This document shows, piece by piece, positions 30,922 to 40,098 of a stretch of 64,000 bases of DNA (the first letter of the stretch is position 1; every line of letters starts with the position of its first letter). The notes beneath the pieces are model-generated. The model saw nothing but the letters and a program-made list of their open reading frames with translations. It ran no database searches and was not told where the DNA came from. Source of the stretch: Eubacteriales bacterium. GTDB taxonomy: Bacteria > Bacillota > Clostridia > Oscillospirales > JAAYXM01. The position numbers were made by a program, and so were the translations under genes. Where the stretch lies: NCBI GenBank assembly GCA_045636205.1, contig JAZTXE010000084.1, positions 8,893 to 72,892 of the forward strand, read 5' to 3'.

Positions 30922-32162
30922 TAAGAACCGTACATAAAAAAGTTGTTATAATAGGCGGCGGTCCTGCGGGACTCTCCGCGGCATGTGAATTCAAAAATCG
31001 CGGTATAGACGATGTTATAATCTTAGAGCGCGAGCGAGAGCTTGGCGGAATACTGCGCCAGTGCATTCACGACGGATTTGGCACAGTAAGATTTAACATG
31101 TCTTTAAGCGGACCTGAGTACGCCGAACGCTTTATCGAGAAAATTCATCTCGAAAATATTGAGTATCAAACCGAAACAACGGTTTTAAATATAACCCACG
31201 ACCGCGTAATCACAGCTGCATCGCGCAATGGTCTTATAAATTACAAAGCAGATGTAATCGTTCTTGCGATGGGTTGCCGCGAACGCACGCGAGGTGCACT
31301 GTCTATCCCCGGCTCACGCCCTGCGGGTGTGTATACTGCAGGTGTTGCGCAAGCGTATATTAACCTAAAAAACATAATGGTTGGCAAGAATGTTATTATT
31401 TTAGGCTCCGGCGATATAGGGCTTATCATGGCGCGACGGCTTACACTCGAGTGTGCAAAAGTACACGGAGTGTTTGAAATCAAACCATATCCCAACGGTT
31501 TATCGCGAAATATTGAGCAGTGTTTGAATGATTATGATATTCCTCTTTATACAAGCCATACTGTAACCAACATAAAAGGAAAAGAACGTCTGAGTTCAGT
31601 TACCGTAAGTCGCGTTGACGCTTCCCTCACCCCCATTCCGGGTACTGAGCGTGAATATCCGTGTGATACACTGATTTTGTCCGTGGGACTTATACCTGAA
31701 AATGAACTCACACGCGGTGCCGGAGCAATAATTGACAGTAAAACCAACGGACCTGAAGTTGATGAGTATTACCAGACCTCTATACCGGGAATATTCGCCG
31801 CAGGAAACGTCCTTCATGTGCATGACCTTGCGGATTTTGTATCAGAAGAAGCAGAAAAACTTGTTGAAGGTGCAACTCAATACCTTGATTGCAGTTTACC
31901 CGAAGCGAAAATCAAAGTGACTGTCGGCGACGGAATAGGCAATGTCACCCCGCAAAAGATAAGCGGCAAGTGCAATGTAAACCTCAGTTTCAGAGCTGCA
32001 CAACCGTATAAAAACGTCATAGTATCTGCAGTGCAAAACGGCAAAAAAATAGCAGCAGCCTATTTTAAAAAGCTGCTGCCTGCTGAAATGAACAATATAG
32101 AAATCAAATCCCATGCAATTTTGACGCGGGATGAAATTGAAGTGGTGGTATCCGATGCTTAA
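30918..32162 (+). CDS. pyridine nucleotide-disulfide (FAD/NAD) oxidoreductase, GlpB-like partner subunit
   Basis: KVVIIGGGPAGLSAA and a second GSGDIG nucleotide-binding motif. ATGA overlap with the upstream gene. Confidence 0.75.
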   Translation: MIRTVHKKVVIIGGGPAGLSAACEFKNRGIDDVIILERERELGGILRQCIHDGFGTVRFNMSLSGPEYAERFIEKIHLENIEYQTETTVLNITHDRVITAASRNGLINYKADVIVLAMGCRERTRGALSIPGSRPAGVYTAGVAQAYINLKNIMVGKNVIILGSGDIGLIMARRLTLECAKVHGVFEIKPYPNGLSRNIEQCLNDYDIPLYTSHTVTNIKGKERLSSVTVSRVDASLTPIPGTEREYPCDTLILSVGLIPENELTRGAGAIIDSKTNGPEVDEYYQTSIPGIFAAGNVLHVHDLADFVSEEAEKLVEGATQYLDCSLPEAKIKVTVGDGIGNVTPQKISGKCNVNLSFRAAQPYKNVIVSAVQNGKKIAAAYFKKLLPAEMNNIEIKSHAILTRDEIEVVVSDA

Positions 32163-32520
32163 AAAGTTCACATGTATTATCTGCCCAAACAGCTGCGACA
32201 TTGAGGCGGAAATAAATGAAAATTCAATATCACATATAGATGGTAACAAGTGCCCGAAAGGAAAAGAATACGTTGAGTCAGAAGTAAAAAATCCCTTGCG
32301 TAATTTTGCAACGTCGGTTTCCGTATCAGACGGCGACTTCTCTATCTGCAGCGTTCGCCTTACAAAGCCCATCCCTAAATCGCGTATATTCGATGCAGTA
32401 AATGAGATAAAAAAAATCCGTGCATCCGCCCCGATAAAGGTAGGTCAGAAGCTTTATGAAAATCTTCTGAATCTGGACACTGATGTAATTGCAACACGGA
32501 AAATAAACCGCGTTAAATAA
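32155..32520 (+). CDS. DUF1667-domain protein (third subunit of the GlpA-like set)
   Basis: Begins MLKKFTCIICPNSCDIE...CPKGKEY. ATG 32155 overlaps the upstream stop codon. The earlier in-frame ATG at 32131 lies wholly inside the previous gene. Confidence 0.7.
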   Translation: MLKKFTCIICPNSCDIEAEINENSISHIDGNKCPKGKEYVESEVKNPLRNFATSVSVSDGDFSICSVRLTKPIPKSRIFDAVNEIKKIRASAPIKVGQKLYENLLNLDTDVIATRKINRVK

Positions 32521-33622
32521 CCGCAGCAAGACTTATAAGGACAATTAACCCGATAATATTAACCACCGTAAATACCCCGAGATATTTTAAAGGCTTTGCA
32601 CCGTCGGTCTTTATGTAAATTTGAAACGAGATCAAGCTTGCAAGCGACGCTATAAGCGTACCTAAGCCGCCGATATTGGTGCCAATAAGAAGAGCTTTCC
32701 AATTATCTGTAAATCCACTGAGCAGCACCGCCGCCGGAACATTGCTTATGACCTGACTTACACCCGCAGATGCCAAAACTCCGTTTACACTTATAAAACG
32801 CGTTAGTTTCTCCTGAATCCAAGTTACGGAGGCTATATTTTCCGAAAAGATAAAAAAGCAAATAAACGTAAGCAAAAGACCGTAATCGACCTTTAAAAAC
32901 GTCTTTCTCGAAAAAATAAGTAAATACAAAATCACGATTGCAAAGACAATCAGGTAGTTTACAACATGGAATACCGTAAGCAAACAGAATATAAGGAGTC
33001 CTAAAAAAGCGATGAGCTTTGCGGGCTCTTTTATTTTTTCGCTTTTTTTAAAGTTTATATCAATTATCTCGCCTGAGACAACGCATGAGGCAATAATTAT
33101 ACCAATTAAACTTATTGTCCCAAAAGGCAAAACGGTAAATAAAAATTCCGGAGCTGAAACCCCATAATGCTCATATAAATACAGATTTTGCGGATTGCCT
33201 ATAGGTGTTAACACACTTCCGAGGTTTGCCGCAACCGTTTGCAAAACAATAACATATATAAGCTTTGAGTTTTTGCCTATCATTGAAAAAACAAGTATGG
33301 TAAAGGGTACGAACGTTATAAGCGCAACGTCATTTGTTATTAACATTGAGAAGAAAAAAGGAAGCAATATGAGTAGTACGCACAATGTTCTCATATTCTT
33401 TTTACCGTTTAAAAGCTTTTGCGCCAGCACATTAAATACTCCGCTCTCCTGCAGTCCTGCAACAACCGCCATCAGGCAAAACAAAAGCGCAAGTACCTGC
33501 CAGTCAATACAGGATAGATAGTCAGACGAAACCGGAACAAAAAACGCCGAAATAACAGCTAAAAGAAATGCAGCAGAAAGAACCGCATTTTGCTTTAGAA
33601 ATTTAATTACTATATCCTTCAT
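32513..33622 (-). CDS. anion permease (ArsB/NhaD / citrate-transporter superfamily)
   Basis: 369 aa with about 10 TM segments and a repeated GNPQN-type motif (PIGNPQNLYLY). Confidence 0.65.
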   Translation of the reverse strand: MKDIVIKFLKQNAVLSAAFLLAVISAFFVPVSSDYLSCIDWQVLALLFCLMAVVAGLQESGVFNVLAQKLLNGKKNMRTLCVLLILLPFFFSMLITNDVALITFVPFTILVFSMIGKNSKLIYVIVLQTVAANLGSVLTPIGNPQNLYLYEHYGVSAPEFLFTVLPFGTISLIGIIIASCVVSGEIIDINFKKSEKIKEPAKLIAFLGLLIFCLLTVFHVVNYLIVFAIVILYLLIFSRKTFLKVDYGLLLTFICFFIFSENIASVTWIQEKLTRFISVNGVLASAGVSQVISNVPAAVLLSGFTDNWKALLIGTNIGGLGTLIASLASLISFQIYIKTDGAKPLKYLGVFTVVNIIGLIVLISLAAVI

Positions 33623-33644
33623 AATCTACTTCTTTATCCCCTCT

Positions 33645-34829
33645 TTAATCGGCAATAACAGGAAACGCTCTGAAATCTTCTCTGGCTGAAATGGCTTTTG
33701 GCGAAAAGCATCCCCATATATCCGTAGCCTTTATTTCGCGCCACAGTGCTTCCGGTAATTCCCTTTCGGATGCAAGGCGCTGCAGTACCGGTAATTTTGC
33801 TTTTTTTCTAAGTTCTTTTACTAACGGTGCGGCACTCTTTCTCATACCCAATATTCTTATATATCCGGGCATCGATTCAGATGGTTCAGGCACATTGAGT
33901 CCCAAATACGCGTGCATGAATATCCTTCGTATTCTCGAATACGTGTATCTCTTACTTTTAACAGACATGATAATGGATTCTATATCCGCATTCTCAAGTG
34001 CAGACTTACACAACGAATACTCCAAACCTTCTGAAACATCGCGGATATTTTTAAACTCATCAGGTGTCATTTTCCTAAGCTCGGCAAGCATTGCACGCTC
34101 CATATTTTCCGCGGATACCGGACCGCGACCCTGACAGATTTCACGGTGCAAAATTCCAAAGCAAACATCCGGCGAGTAACCGTCAATACTCAGACCGTTT
34201 TTTATAAAATTCCGCAAAGCAAATGCGCTTACGGACGTTCCTTCAGGATTCTCCGCATCGTGCGAAACGCCTTTACGCGCAACCGTGTGCGGGGTAATGG
34301 ACGAATTAAAATAATAAAGCGCAAGTAAATATTCGATCCCGAGCAGATTATTAGGCTCAGTCAGAACCTGCGCACGCTCACCTATTAATTCGTTTAATAC
34401 TGCCTGACGTGCTGCAGGATATGATTTACCGCTCTCCAGTTCCTCTTTAAGCATCACATCAAACTCCGACATCGACAGTGCCTGAGCGGTTTCGGAGAGA
34501 ATATTTATATCTCCGCATTCGCTTCCGAAGTACAGGTTGTCTACAACACCGGAGGCATCCAAAACGCCTACACCACCACGCGCAAAGGTCTGTGCACTCG
34601 CCATGGCACAGTCAAAGGGAAGCTCTAAAACCAAATCCGCACCGCCCGCAAGCGCCTGCTGGACACGCGCTTTTTTCGATATAATCGCGGGCTCGCCCCG
34701 CTGAACAAACGCTCCGGACATTACAACCGCCAAAAAGTCAGCTTTCGTCTCGCTTCTCGCCTTAGACAGCAAGTACTCATGTCCGTTGTGAAATGGGTTA
34801 TATTCTGCAATTATCCCGGTAGTAATCAT
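33645..34829 (-). CDS. tmcAL: tRNA(Met) cytidine acetate ligase (YlbM/UPF0348)
   Basis: N-terminal GIIAEYNPFHNGHEYLL nucleotidyltransferase HxGH motif. Length and layout resemble B. subtilis YlbM. Confidence 0.8.
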   Translation of the reverse strand: MITTGIIAEYNPFHNGHEYLLSKARSETKADFLAVVMSGAFVQRGEPAIISKKARVQQALAGGADLVLELPFDCAMASAQTFARGGVGVLDASGVVDNLYFGSECGDINILSETAQALSMSEFDVMLKEELESGKSYPAARQAVLNELIGERAQVLTEPNNLLGIEYLLALYYFNSSITPHTVARKGVSHDAENPEGTSVSAFALRNFIKNGLSIDGYSPDVCFGILHREICQGRGPVSAENMERAMLAELRKMTPDEFKNIRDVSEGLEYSLCKSALENADIESIIMSVKSKRYTYSRIRRIFMHAYLGLNVPEPSESMPGYIRILGMRKSAAPLVKELRKKAKLPVLQRLASERELPEALWREIKATDIWGCFSPKAISAREDFRAFPVIAD

Positions 34830-34856
34830 AAATACTCCTTATATAATAAAAAACTA

Positions 34857-34885
34857 TTGATTATTCTGGAATTTTTTATTATAAT
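34857..34885 (+). promoter_or_regulatory. sigma-A type promoter of ackA
   Basis: TTGATT (34857-34862), a 17-nt spacer, then TATAAT (34880-34885). Confidence 0.6.
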
Positions 34886-34938
34886 TATAAACGTTGTATT
34901 CACAATAATCAAGAAAATATATATAAAGGGGTTTTAAC

Positions 34939-36138
34939 ATGAAGATTTTGGTTATCAACGCAGGCAGCTCTTCCCTTAAATATCAGCTCATTGATATGAA
35001 AAACGAAGAACTGCTCGCAAAGGGCAATTGTGAGCGTATAGGTATTGACGGCAAAATCGGTCATAAAACCAGCGCAGGTGTTGAGGTTGAAAAAGAAATC
35101 AACTTCCCCACTCACAAGGAAGCATTTATGGCTGTTGTCGATATGCTCACAAACGGCGAAGGCAAGGTTATTGACAATGTAAGCGAAATTTCCGCTGTTG
35201 GTCACCGCGTACTGCACGGCAGTGAGAAGTACAAATCCGCTACTTTGGTTACCGATACGGTTATCGAAGATGTCCTTGCATTTAAGGAACTCGGTCCGTT
35301 GCACAACCCGCCTCAGGCAATTGCTATGAAGGCTTGCCAGGAAGTATTCGGCAAGGATACCCCCATGGTCGCTATTTTTGATACTTCTTTCCATCAGACC
35401 ATGCCGGCTAAGGCATATATGTTCGGTGTTCCTTATGAGTATTATGAAAAGTATTCTATCCGCAGATACGGCTTCCACGGTACCAGCCACCGCTACATCA
35501 GCTATACATACGGCAATATGAAGGGCGGAAACGAGGGCACAAAAATTATCACCTGCCACCTCGGAAACGGCTCTTCTATCTCCGCTATCGTAGACGGCAA
35601 GGTAATGGATACCTCCATGGGTCTTACCCCACTTGACGGTTTCATCATGGGCACTCGCAGTGGCGGCATCGACCCGTCTGTCGTAACCTATATCATGAAC
35701 AAAGAAGGTCTCACCCCGGATCAGATGTCCGATATGATGAACAAGAAGTCAGGCTTCCTTGGTTTGTCCGGCATTTCAAGCGACTGCCGTGACGTTAAGA
35801 AAGCAGCAGCTGAAGGCAACGAAAGAGCAAAGCTTACAATCGAAATGCTCGTATATCAGATTAAAAAGTTCATCGGTTCTTACGCAGCTGCAATGGGCGG
35901 TGTTGATGCGGTTATCTTCACCGGCGGCATCGGCGAAAACGATTCTGAGATCCGTCGTCTTGTATGTGAAGACATGGAGTACATGGGCCTTAAGATTGAT
36001 GCTGACTTAAACGAAAAAGCATCACGTAAGGATGCAAAGTTCTCCTCTGCTGATTCCAAGGTCGAGGCGTGGGTTCTCCCGACCAATGAGGAGCTCATGA
36101 TCGCACGTGACACCAAGGCTGTAGTTGAAGCTCTGTAA
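34939..36138 (+). CDS. ackA: acetate kinase
   Basis: Begins MKILVINAGSSSLKYQL, with GHRVLHG, FDTSFHQTMP and RRYGFHGTSH motifs. Confidence 0.95.
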   Translation: MKILVINAGSSSLKYQLIDMKNEELLAKGNCERIGIDGKIGHKTSAGVEVEKEINFPTHKEAFMAVVDMLTNGEGKVIDNVSEISAVGHRVLHGSEKYKSATLVTDTVIEDVLAFKELGPLHNPPQAIAMKACQEVFGKDTPMVAIFDTSFHQTMPAKAYMFGVPYEYYEKYSIRRYGFHGTSHRYISYTYGNMKGGNEGTKIITCHLGNGSSISAIVDGKVMDTSMGLTPLDGFIMGTRSGGIDPSVVTYIMNKEGLTPDQMSDMMNKKSGFLGLSGISSDCRDVKKAAAEGNERAKLTIEMLVYQIKKFIGSYAAAMGGVDAVIFTGGIGENDSEIRRLVCEDMEYMGLKIDADLNEKASRKDAKFSSADSKVEAWVLPTNEELMIARDTKAVVEAL

Positions 36139-36152
36139 AATTGATATATTAA

Positions 36153-36186
36153 AACCATGTATGCATTGCCGTACATGGTTTTTTTA
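36153..36186 (+). terminator. intrinsic terminator after ackA
   Basis: Stem AACCATGTA / TACATGGTT followed by TTTTT. Confidence 0.8.
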
Positions 36187-36222
36187 TGATACAATAGTAT
36201 AAAGAAGGGATGTGTTTTAGCT

Positions 36223-37257
36223 ATGGCACATGATTTACGCAACAATATGCCGCCTCTGATGCAGGATTTCATGAATTACATAGTTACAATCGGCGGAAAA
36301 TCACCAAAGACAGCTGACCAATATTTTCTTGATTTACGCATGTTTTTCCGTTACATTAAGGTGTATTACGGTATGGTGGACGGTATATCCGCTTCAAACA
36401 TCACCGCTCATGAGTTAAACCAGATCTCTATAACTGACATTGATATTAATTTTATTTCCCGCATAAAGCTGACCGATATATATCAGTTTTTAAATTATTT
36501 AAGCCGAGATCGTGAACGCGCTCAAAACAGCGCGGCTACAGAGCATGGAATATCCGCTTCTTCGCGTGCACGTAAGATTGCCGCCATCCGCGGATTTTTT
36601 AACTACTTGGAAAAAAAGGTGCACTTAATTGAAGATAATCCGGCAAAAGAGTTAGAAGTACCAAAACGTAAAAAGAACATGGTGCATTACCTCTCACTTG
36701 ATGAAAGCATAAAGCTTCTCGATAATATAAGCGGAAGAAACCGCGTAAGAGATTATTGCATCATAACGCTGTTTTTAAACTGCGGATTGCGTGTGTCAGA
36801 GCTTGTAGGCGTTAATATCCGGGATTTTCACGAGGATACGCTCCGTGTTACCGGCAAAGGAAATAAAGAGCGTATAGTGTACTTAAACGATGCCTGCCTG
36901 CATGCTGTAGATGCTTATATGTCAGAGCGTAAAACAATTGAAGGTGTTCCCTCTCAACATATCAATGCGTTCTTTTTAAGCAGCCAAAAGCGCAGGATAA
37001 GCACAGAAACCGTAAAATGGCTTGTGAAAAAATACTGCAGCCACGCAGGGCTTGACCCTAAAATATCCGTACATAAGCTTAGACACACCTCTGCAACGCT
37101 TATGTACAGAAACGGAGTTGACGTAAGAGTTCTTCAGGAAATTTTAGGGCATAAGCATTTGAACACAACGCAAATATACACGCATGTGGACAATAGCGAT
37201 ATGAAAACCGCCGCACGTGCAAATCCCCTCTCTACAGTCGAAATGCCAAAAAAGTAA
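36223..37257 (+). CDS. tyrosine site-specific recombinase, XerC/XerD family
   Basis: C-terminal catalytic region with GLRVSEL (R), HKLRHTSAT (H-x-x-R) and LGHKHLNTTQIYTHV (H...Y). No flanking mobile cargo is seen. Confidence 0.8.
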   Translation: MAHDLRNNMPPLMQDFMNYIVTIGGKSPKTADQYFLDLRMFFRYIKVYYGMVDGISASNITAHELNQISITDIDINFISRIKLTDIYQFLNYLSRDRERAQNSAATEHGISASSRARKIAAIRGFFNYLEKKVHLIEDNPAKELEVPKRKKNMVHYLSLDESIKLLDNISGRNRVRDYCIITLFLNCGLRVSELVGVNIRDFHEDTLRVTGKGNKERIVYLNDACLHAVDAYMSERKTIEGVPSQHINAFFLSSQKRRISTETVKWLVKKYCSHAGLDPKISVHKLRHTSATLMYRNGVDVRVLQEILGHKHLNTTQIYTHVDNSDMKTAARANPLSTVEMPKK

Positions 37258-37263
37258 TAAACG

Positions 37264-37301
37264 AAAAAAATGCTTCCGTTAAACAACGGAAGCATTTTTT
37301 A
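37264..37301. terminator. bidirectional terminator between xer and tsf
   Basis: Stem ATGCTTCCGTT / AACGGAAGCAT with loop AAAC, flanked by AAAAAAA and TTTTTT. Confidence 0.85.
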
Positions 37302-37310
37302 TAATACATT

Positions 37311-38225
37311 TTAGTTGCCGGTCATCTTTGCAATTTCTTCTGCGAAATTGTCTACGCGCTTTTCAATGCCTTCGCCCTTCTCAAAGCGGGTAAAGCAATT
37401 GATGGAAATCTCGCCGCCGAGCTCCTTTGCTACGTTAGCAACATACTGGCTTACGGAAATCTTGTCATCCTTAACAAACGGCTGGTCGAGCAAGCAGTTC
37501 TCGGAGTAGTACTTCTTAATACGTCCGTTAACCATTTTCTCTGCAACCTGCTGCGGCTTGCCTTCGTTGAGAGCCTGAGTCATGAGAATTTCCTTCTCTT
37601 TCTCGAGAGTCTCAGCGTCAACCTCATCAGCCTTCAGGTATGCCGGGCTCATAGCAGCAATCTGCATTGCAAGATCGCGGCCCATAGCCAGAGCCTGCTC
37701 ATTGCCCTTGATATTGTCAGAAAGGGTCATGTTAAGAAGAACGCCAATCTTGCCGCCCATGTGGACATAAGCAACGCTTGTGCCCTCAGTATACATAGCA
37801 AAGCGACGAATTTTGATATTCTCACCGATGGTAAGAACCTTCTCCTGCTGCATCTGCTCAACAGTCATGTCAGAATTCGGATACTTGCATGCAAAAAGTG
37901 CATCAAGGTCAGCCGGATTGTTTGCAACAACTGTATCAGCAACGTCAGAAACAAAGTTCTGGAAATCCTGGTTCTTAGCAACGAAGTCGGTCTCACTGTT
38001 TACTTCAACAACGACACCCTTATCACCGCAGATCTTAGCAAGAACGACACCCTCTGCTGCGATTCTGCCTGCCTTCTTCTGAGAAGCAGCAAGTCCCTTT
38101 TCACGGAGAATCTCGACTGCCTTGTCCATATCACCGTTAGACTCGGTAAGAGCCTTCTTACAGTCCATCATACCAACGCCGGTTTTCTCACGCAGCGCCT
38201 GTACGTCTTTTGCAGTAAAAGCCAT
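37311..38225 (-). CDS. tsf: translation elongation factor Ts
   Basis: Begins MAFTAKDVQALREKTGVGMMDCKKAL, the UBA-like EF-Ts N-terminus. Lies downstream of rpsB. Confidence 0.95.
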   Translation of the reverse strand: MAFTAKDVQALREKTGVGMMDCKKALTESNGDMDKAVEILREKGLAASQKKAGRIAAEGVVLAKICGDKGVVVEVNSETDFVAKNQDFQNFVSDVADTVVANNPADLDALFACKYPNSDMTVEQMQQEKVLTIGENIKIRRFAMYTEGTSVAYVHMGGKIGVLLNMTLSDNIKGNEQALAMGRDLAMQIAAMSPAYLKADEVDAETLEKEKEILMTQALNEGKPQQVAEKMVNGRIKKYYSENCLLDQPFVKDDKISVSQYVANVAKELGGEISINCFTRFEKGEGIEKRVDNFAEEIAKMTGN

Positions 38226-38261
38226 TTAGCTTGTCCTCCTTAGTTAATAAATAAGTTGTTA

Positions 38262-39017
38262 TTATTCAGCAGCAGCTTCCTCTGCCGGAGCCTCAACAGC
38301 TACATCAACAGTCTCCTCAGCAGTATTCTGCTCGCCCTGACGAGCTTCAACTACTGCGTTTGCAATGGTCTGAGAAATCAGCTTGATTGCTCTGATTGCA
38401 TCGTCATTGCCCGGAATTACATAATCAACTTCTTCCGGATCGCAGTTGGTATCAACAATAGCGATTACCGGGATTTTCAGCTTGCGAGCCTCTGCAATTG
38501 CATTGCGCTCTTTGCGCGGGTCAACAATAAAGATTGCGCCTGGGAGCTGATTCATTTCTTTTACGCCACCGAGATATTTCTCGAGCTTTGCAATTTCAGC
38601 CTGAAGCTTAATTACTTCCTTCTTCAGAAGAAGATCGAATGTGCCGTCCTCTTCCATACGCTTGAGCTGATTGAGACGGTCAATTCTGCGACGCATGGTC
38701 TTAAAGTTAGTGAGCATGCCGCCCAGCCAACGAGCGTTTACAAAGTACATGCCAACGCGCTCAGCCTCTTCTTTGATTGCTTCCTGAGCCTGCTTCTTTG
38801 TACCAACAAAGAGAATGCTCTTTCCTTCAGCAACTACATCACGAGCGAAGTAATATGCTTCCTCGAGCTTCTTGACCGTCTTCTGAAGGTCAATGATGTA
38901 AATGCCGTTACGCTCCGTGAAGATGTACGGAGCCATCTTGGGGTTCCAGCGGCGGGTCTGATGTCCGAAGTGAACACCGGCTTCCAGCAGCTGCTTCATG
39001 GATACTACCTGTGCCAT
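38262..39017 (-). CDS. rpsB: 30S ribosomal protein S2
   Basis: Contains [28 protein letters not shown]. The ATG at 39017 matches the canonical S2 N-terminus; the ORF-track start at 39068 adds 17 unrelated residues. Confidence 0.95.
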   Translation of the reverse strand: MAQVVSMKQLLEAGVHFGHQTRRWNPKMAPYIFTERNGIYIIDLQKTVKKLEEAYYFARDVVAEGKSILFVGTKKQAQEAIKEEAERVGMYFVNARWLGGMLTNFKTMRRRIDRLNQLKRMEEDGTFDLLLKKEVIKLQAEIAKLEKYLGGVKEMNQLPGAIFIVDPRKERNAIAEARKLKIPVIAIVDTNCDPEEVDYVIPGNDDAIRAIKLISQTIANAVVEARQGEQNTAEETVDVAVEAPAEEAAAE

Positions 39018-39133
39018 AATAAAATTTCTCCTTTCGTTTTTACCTCCATACCGGTCATCCCAGCGCACCCATCATGCATCTTCTGCGTGACACCTCGGCG
39101 CACGGATCACGATATGTGTGGAATTACCATGAT

Positions 39134-39162
39134 ATAATACCATATTTCAAATTCAATAGCAA
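39134..39162 (-). promoter_or_regulatory. candidate sigma-A promoter of rpsB-tsf
   Basis: On the minus strand: TTGCTA (39162-39157), a 17-nt spacer, then an extended -10 TGgTATTAT (-10 at 39139-39134). This predicts a 5' UTR of about 110 nt. Confidence 0.5.
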
Positions 39163-39222
39163 GAAAAATCTTCACTTTTTCTTCATTTTTTCTGTTTTTG
39201 TCAAAATATATGCACCTAATGA

Positions 39223-39501
39223 TTAAAACCATGTGCGTTTTTTACGCTTTGGACAGTTTCCGATCTCGTAATCTACTAAAATTATGTCCTCGCCTATTCT
39301 CGAAATTGCGTCCCAGGGTATTATGTAATCATCTCTGTGCAGAAAAAACCATGGGAATCTACATGGAACCGGAACAATTATGGATACCACTTTACCGCTC
39401 AATATATCTATCTCCACATCATTTACGTATCCGTACCGTGTTCCATCGCAAATGTTTATCACTTCCTTGCAGCCTAAGTCGGTTATACACAGGCATTGCA
39501 T
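39223..39501 (-). CDS. ylmC: YlmC/YmxH-family sporulation protein (PRC-barrel)
   Basis: 92 aa with DLGCKEVINICDGTRYGYVNDVEIDILSGKVVSIIVP, typical of YlmC/YmxH. Confidence 0.8.
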   Translation of the reverse strand: MQCLCITDLGCKEVINICDGTRYGYVNDVEIDILSGKVVSIIVPVPCRFPWFFLHRDDYIIPWDAISRIGEDIILVDYEIGNCPKRKKRTWF

Positions 39502-40039
39502 ATTTATCCCCTCCTCATAACATCATATTCAATCACTTTCCGTTTTATTTCATCTTCTATGTCCCATATACAGAGAGGAGCATGGAAGAATCTGCTTCCA
39601 TGCTGCTTCTAAACATATGTTATTATTCCCATTCGCTCCCGAAAACTGTGACTAAAACAATTTTGTATGGGTATTTTAACTCATATTATCGAGAGTGTTC
39701 AGATTATCCATAAAATATGGACAGTCAAGACTTTTGTTGTCATCGTGTTGTCACGCTTCCAAAAATATTATAAGCGATATTGAATATAATTGCAATAATT
39801 TTATTATTCAGTAGGAGGAATGGTTAATATTGAAAATAAGATTAAAAAATTTTGCAACTACGAAGAACAACTCCGAAACAATTGGCAGAGAAGTCCTGAC
39901 CACATCCCTAAGAGGGGTGGCATGAACATTCACCAGTATATCAGATCGGATGTTTCTTTGCTTAAGCTTTAATCTCACCCGCATTGCAGGCGGTTGTTGA
40001 GTTGCCCTTAACGGTCAACTCTTTCGCTAAAGCACTAAC

Positions 40040-40083
40040 AAAAAAAGCAAAGGACATCCACCCGGATGCCCTTTGCTTTTTTT
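40040..40083. terminator. bidirectional terminator downstream of ftsH
   Basis: Stem GCAAAGGACATCC / GGATGCCCTTTGC (40047-40076, one mismatch) flanked by AAAAAAA and TTTTTTT. Confidence 0.85.
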
Positions 40084-40098
40084 GACTGTATTTTTAAT

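Noticed and set aside
34909-35559. 216-aa ORF antisense to ackA
   Set aside because: It overlaps the ackA promoter and the 5' half of the gene. The ackA identity is certain, and the antisense frame has no start signals.
36223-37257. Xer-type tyrosine recombinase as the marker of a mobile element
   Set aside because: It is flanked on both sides by core genes (ackA and tsf-rpsB), each with its own terminator. There is no compositional shift, cargo or repeats, so it is most likely a chromosomal Xer-family recombinase.
38256-39137. 293-aa ORF antisense to rpsB
   Set aside because: It overlaps the whole S2 gene and its leader on the opposite strand. Its sequence is leucine-, serine- and cysteine-rich junk with no start context.
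39198-39713. 171-aa plus-strand ORF covering ylmC and its upstream region
   Set aside because: It is antisense to the well-conserved YlmC/YmxH frame and continues into AT-rich promoter DNA. There is no RBS and the product has an implausible composition.
39790-40083. Identification of the ylmC-ftsH intergenic RNA-like region as SRP RNA, RNase P RNA, tmRNA, a T-box or a c-di-AMP riboswitch
   Set aside because: The diagnostic motifs are missing on both strands: the GGAAGGAAGCAGC-type SRP domain IV, the GAGGAAAGTCC P4 element, the tRNA-like CCA end, and the T-box sequence. The region is kept only as an unexplained tract.
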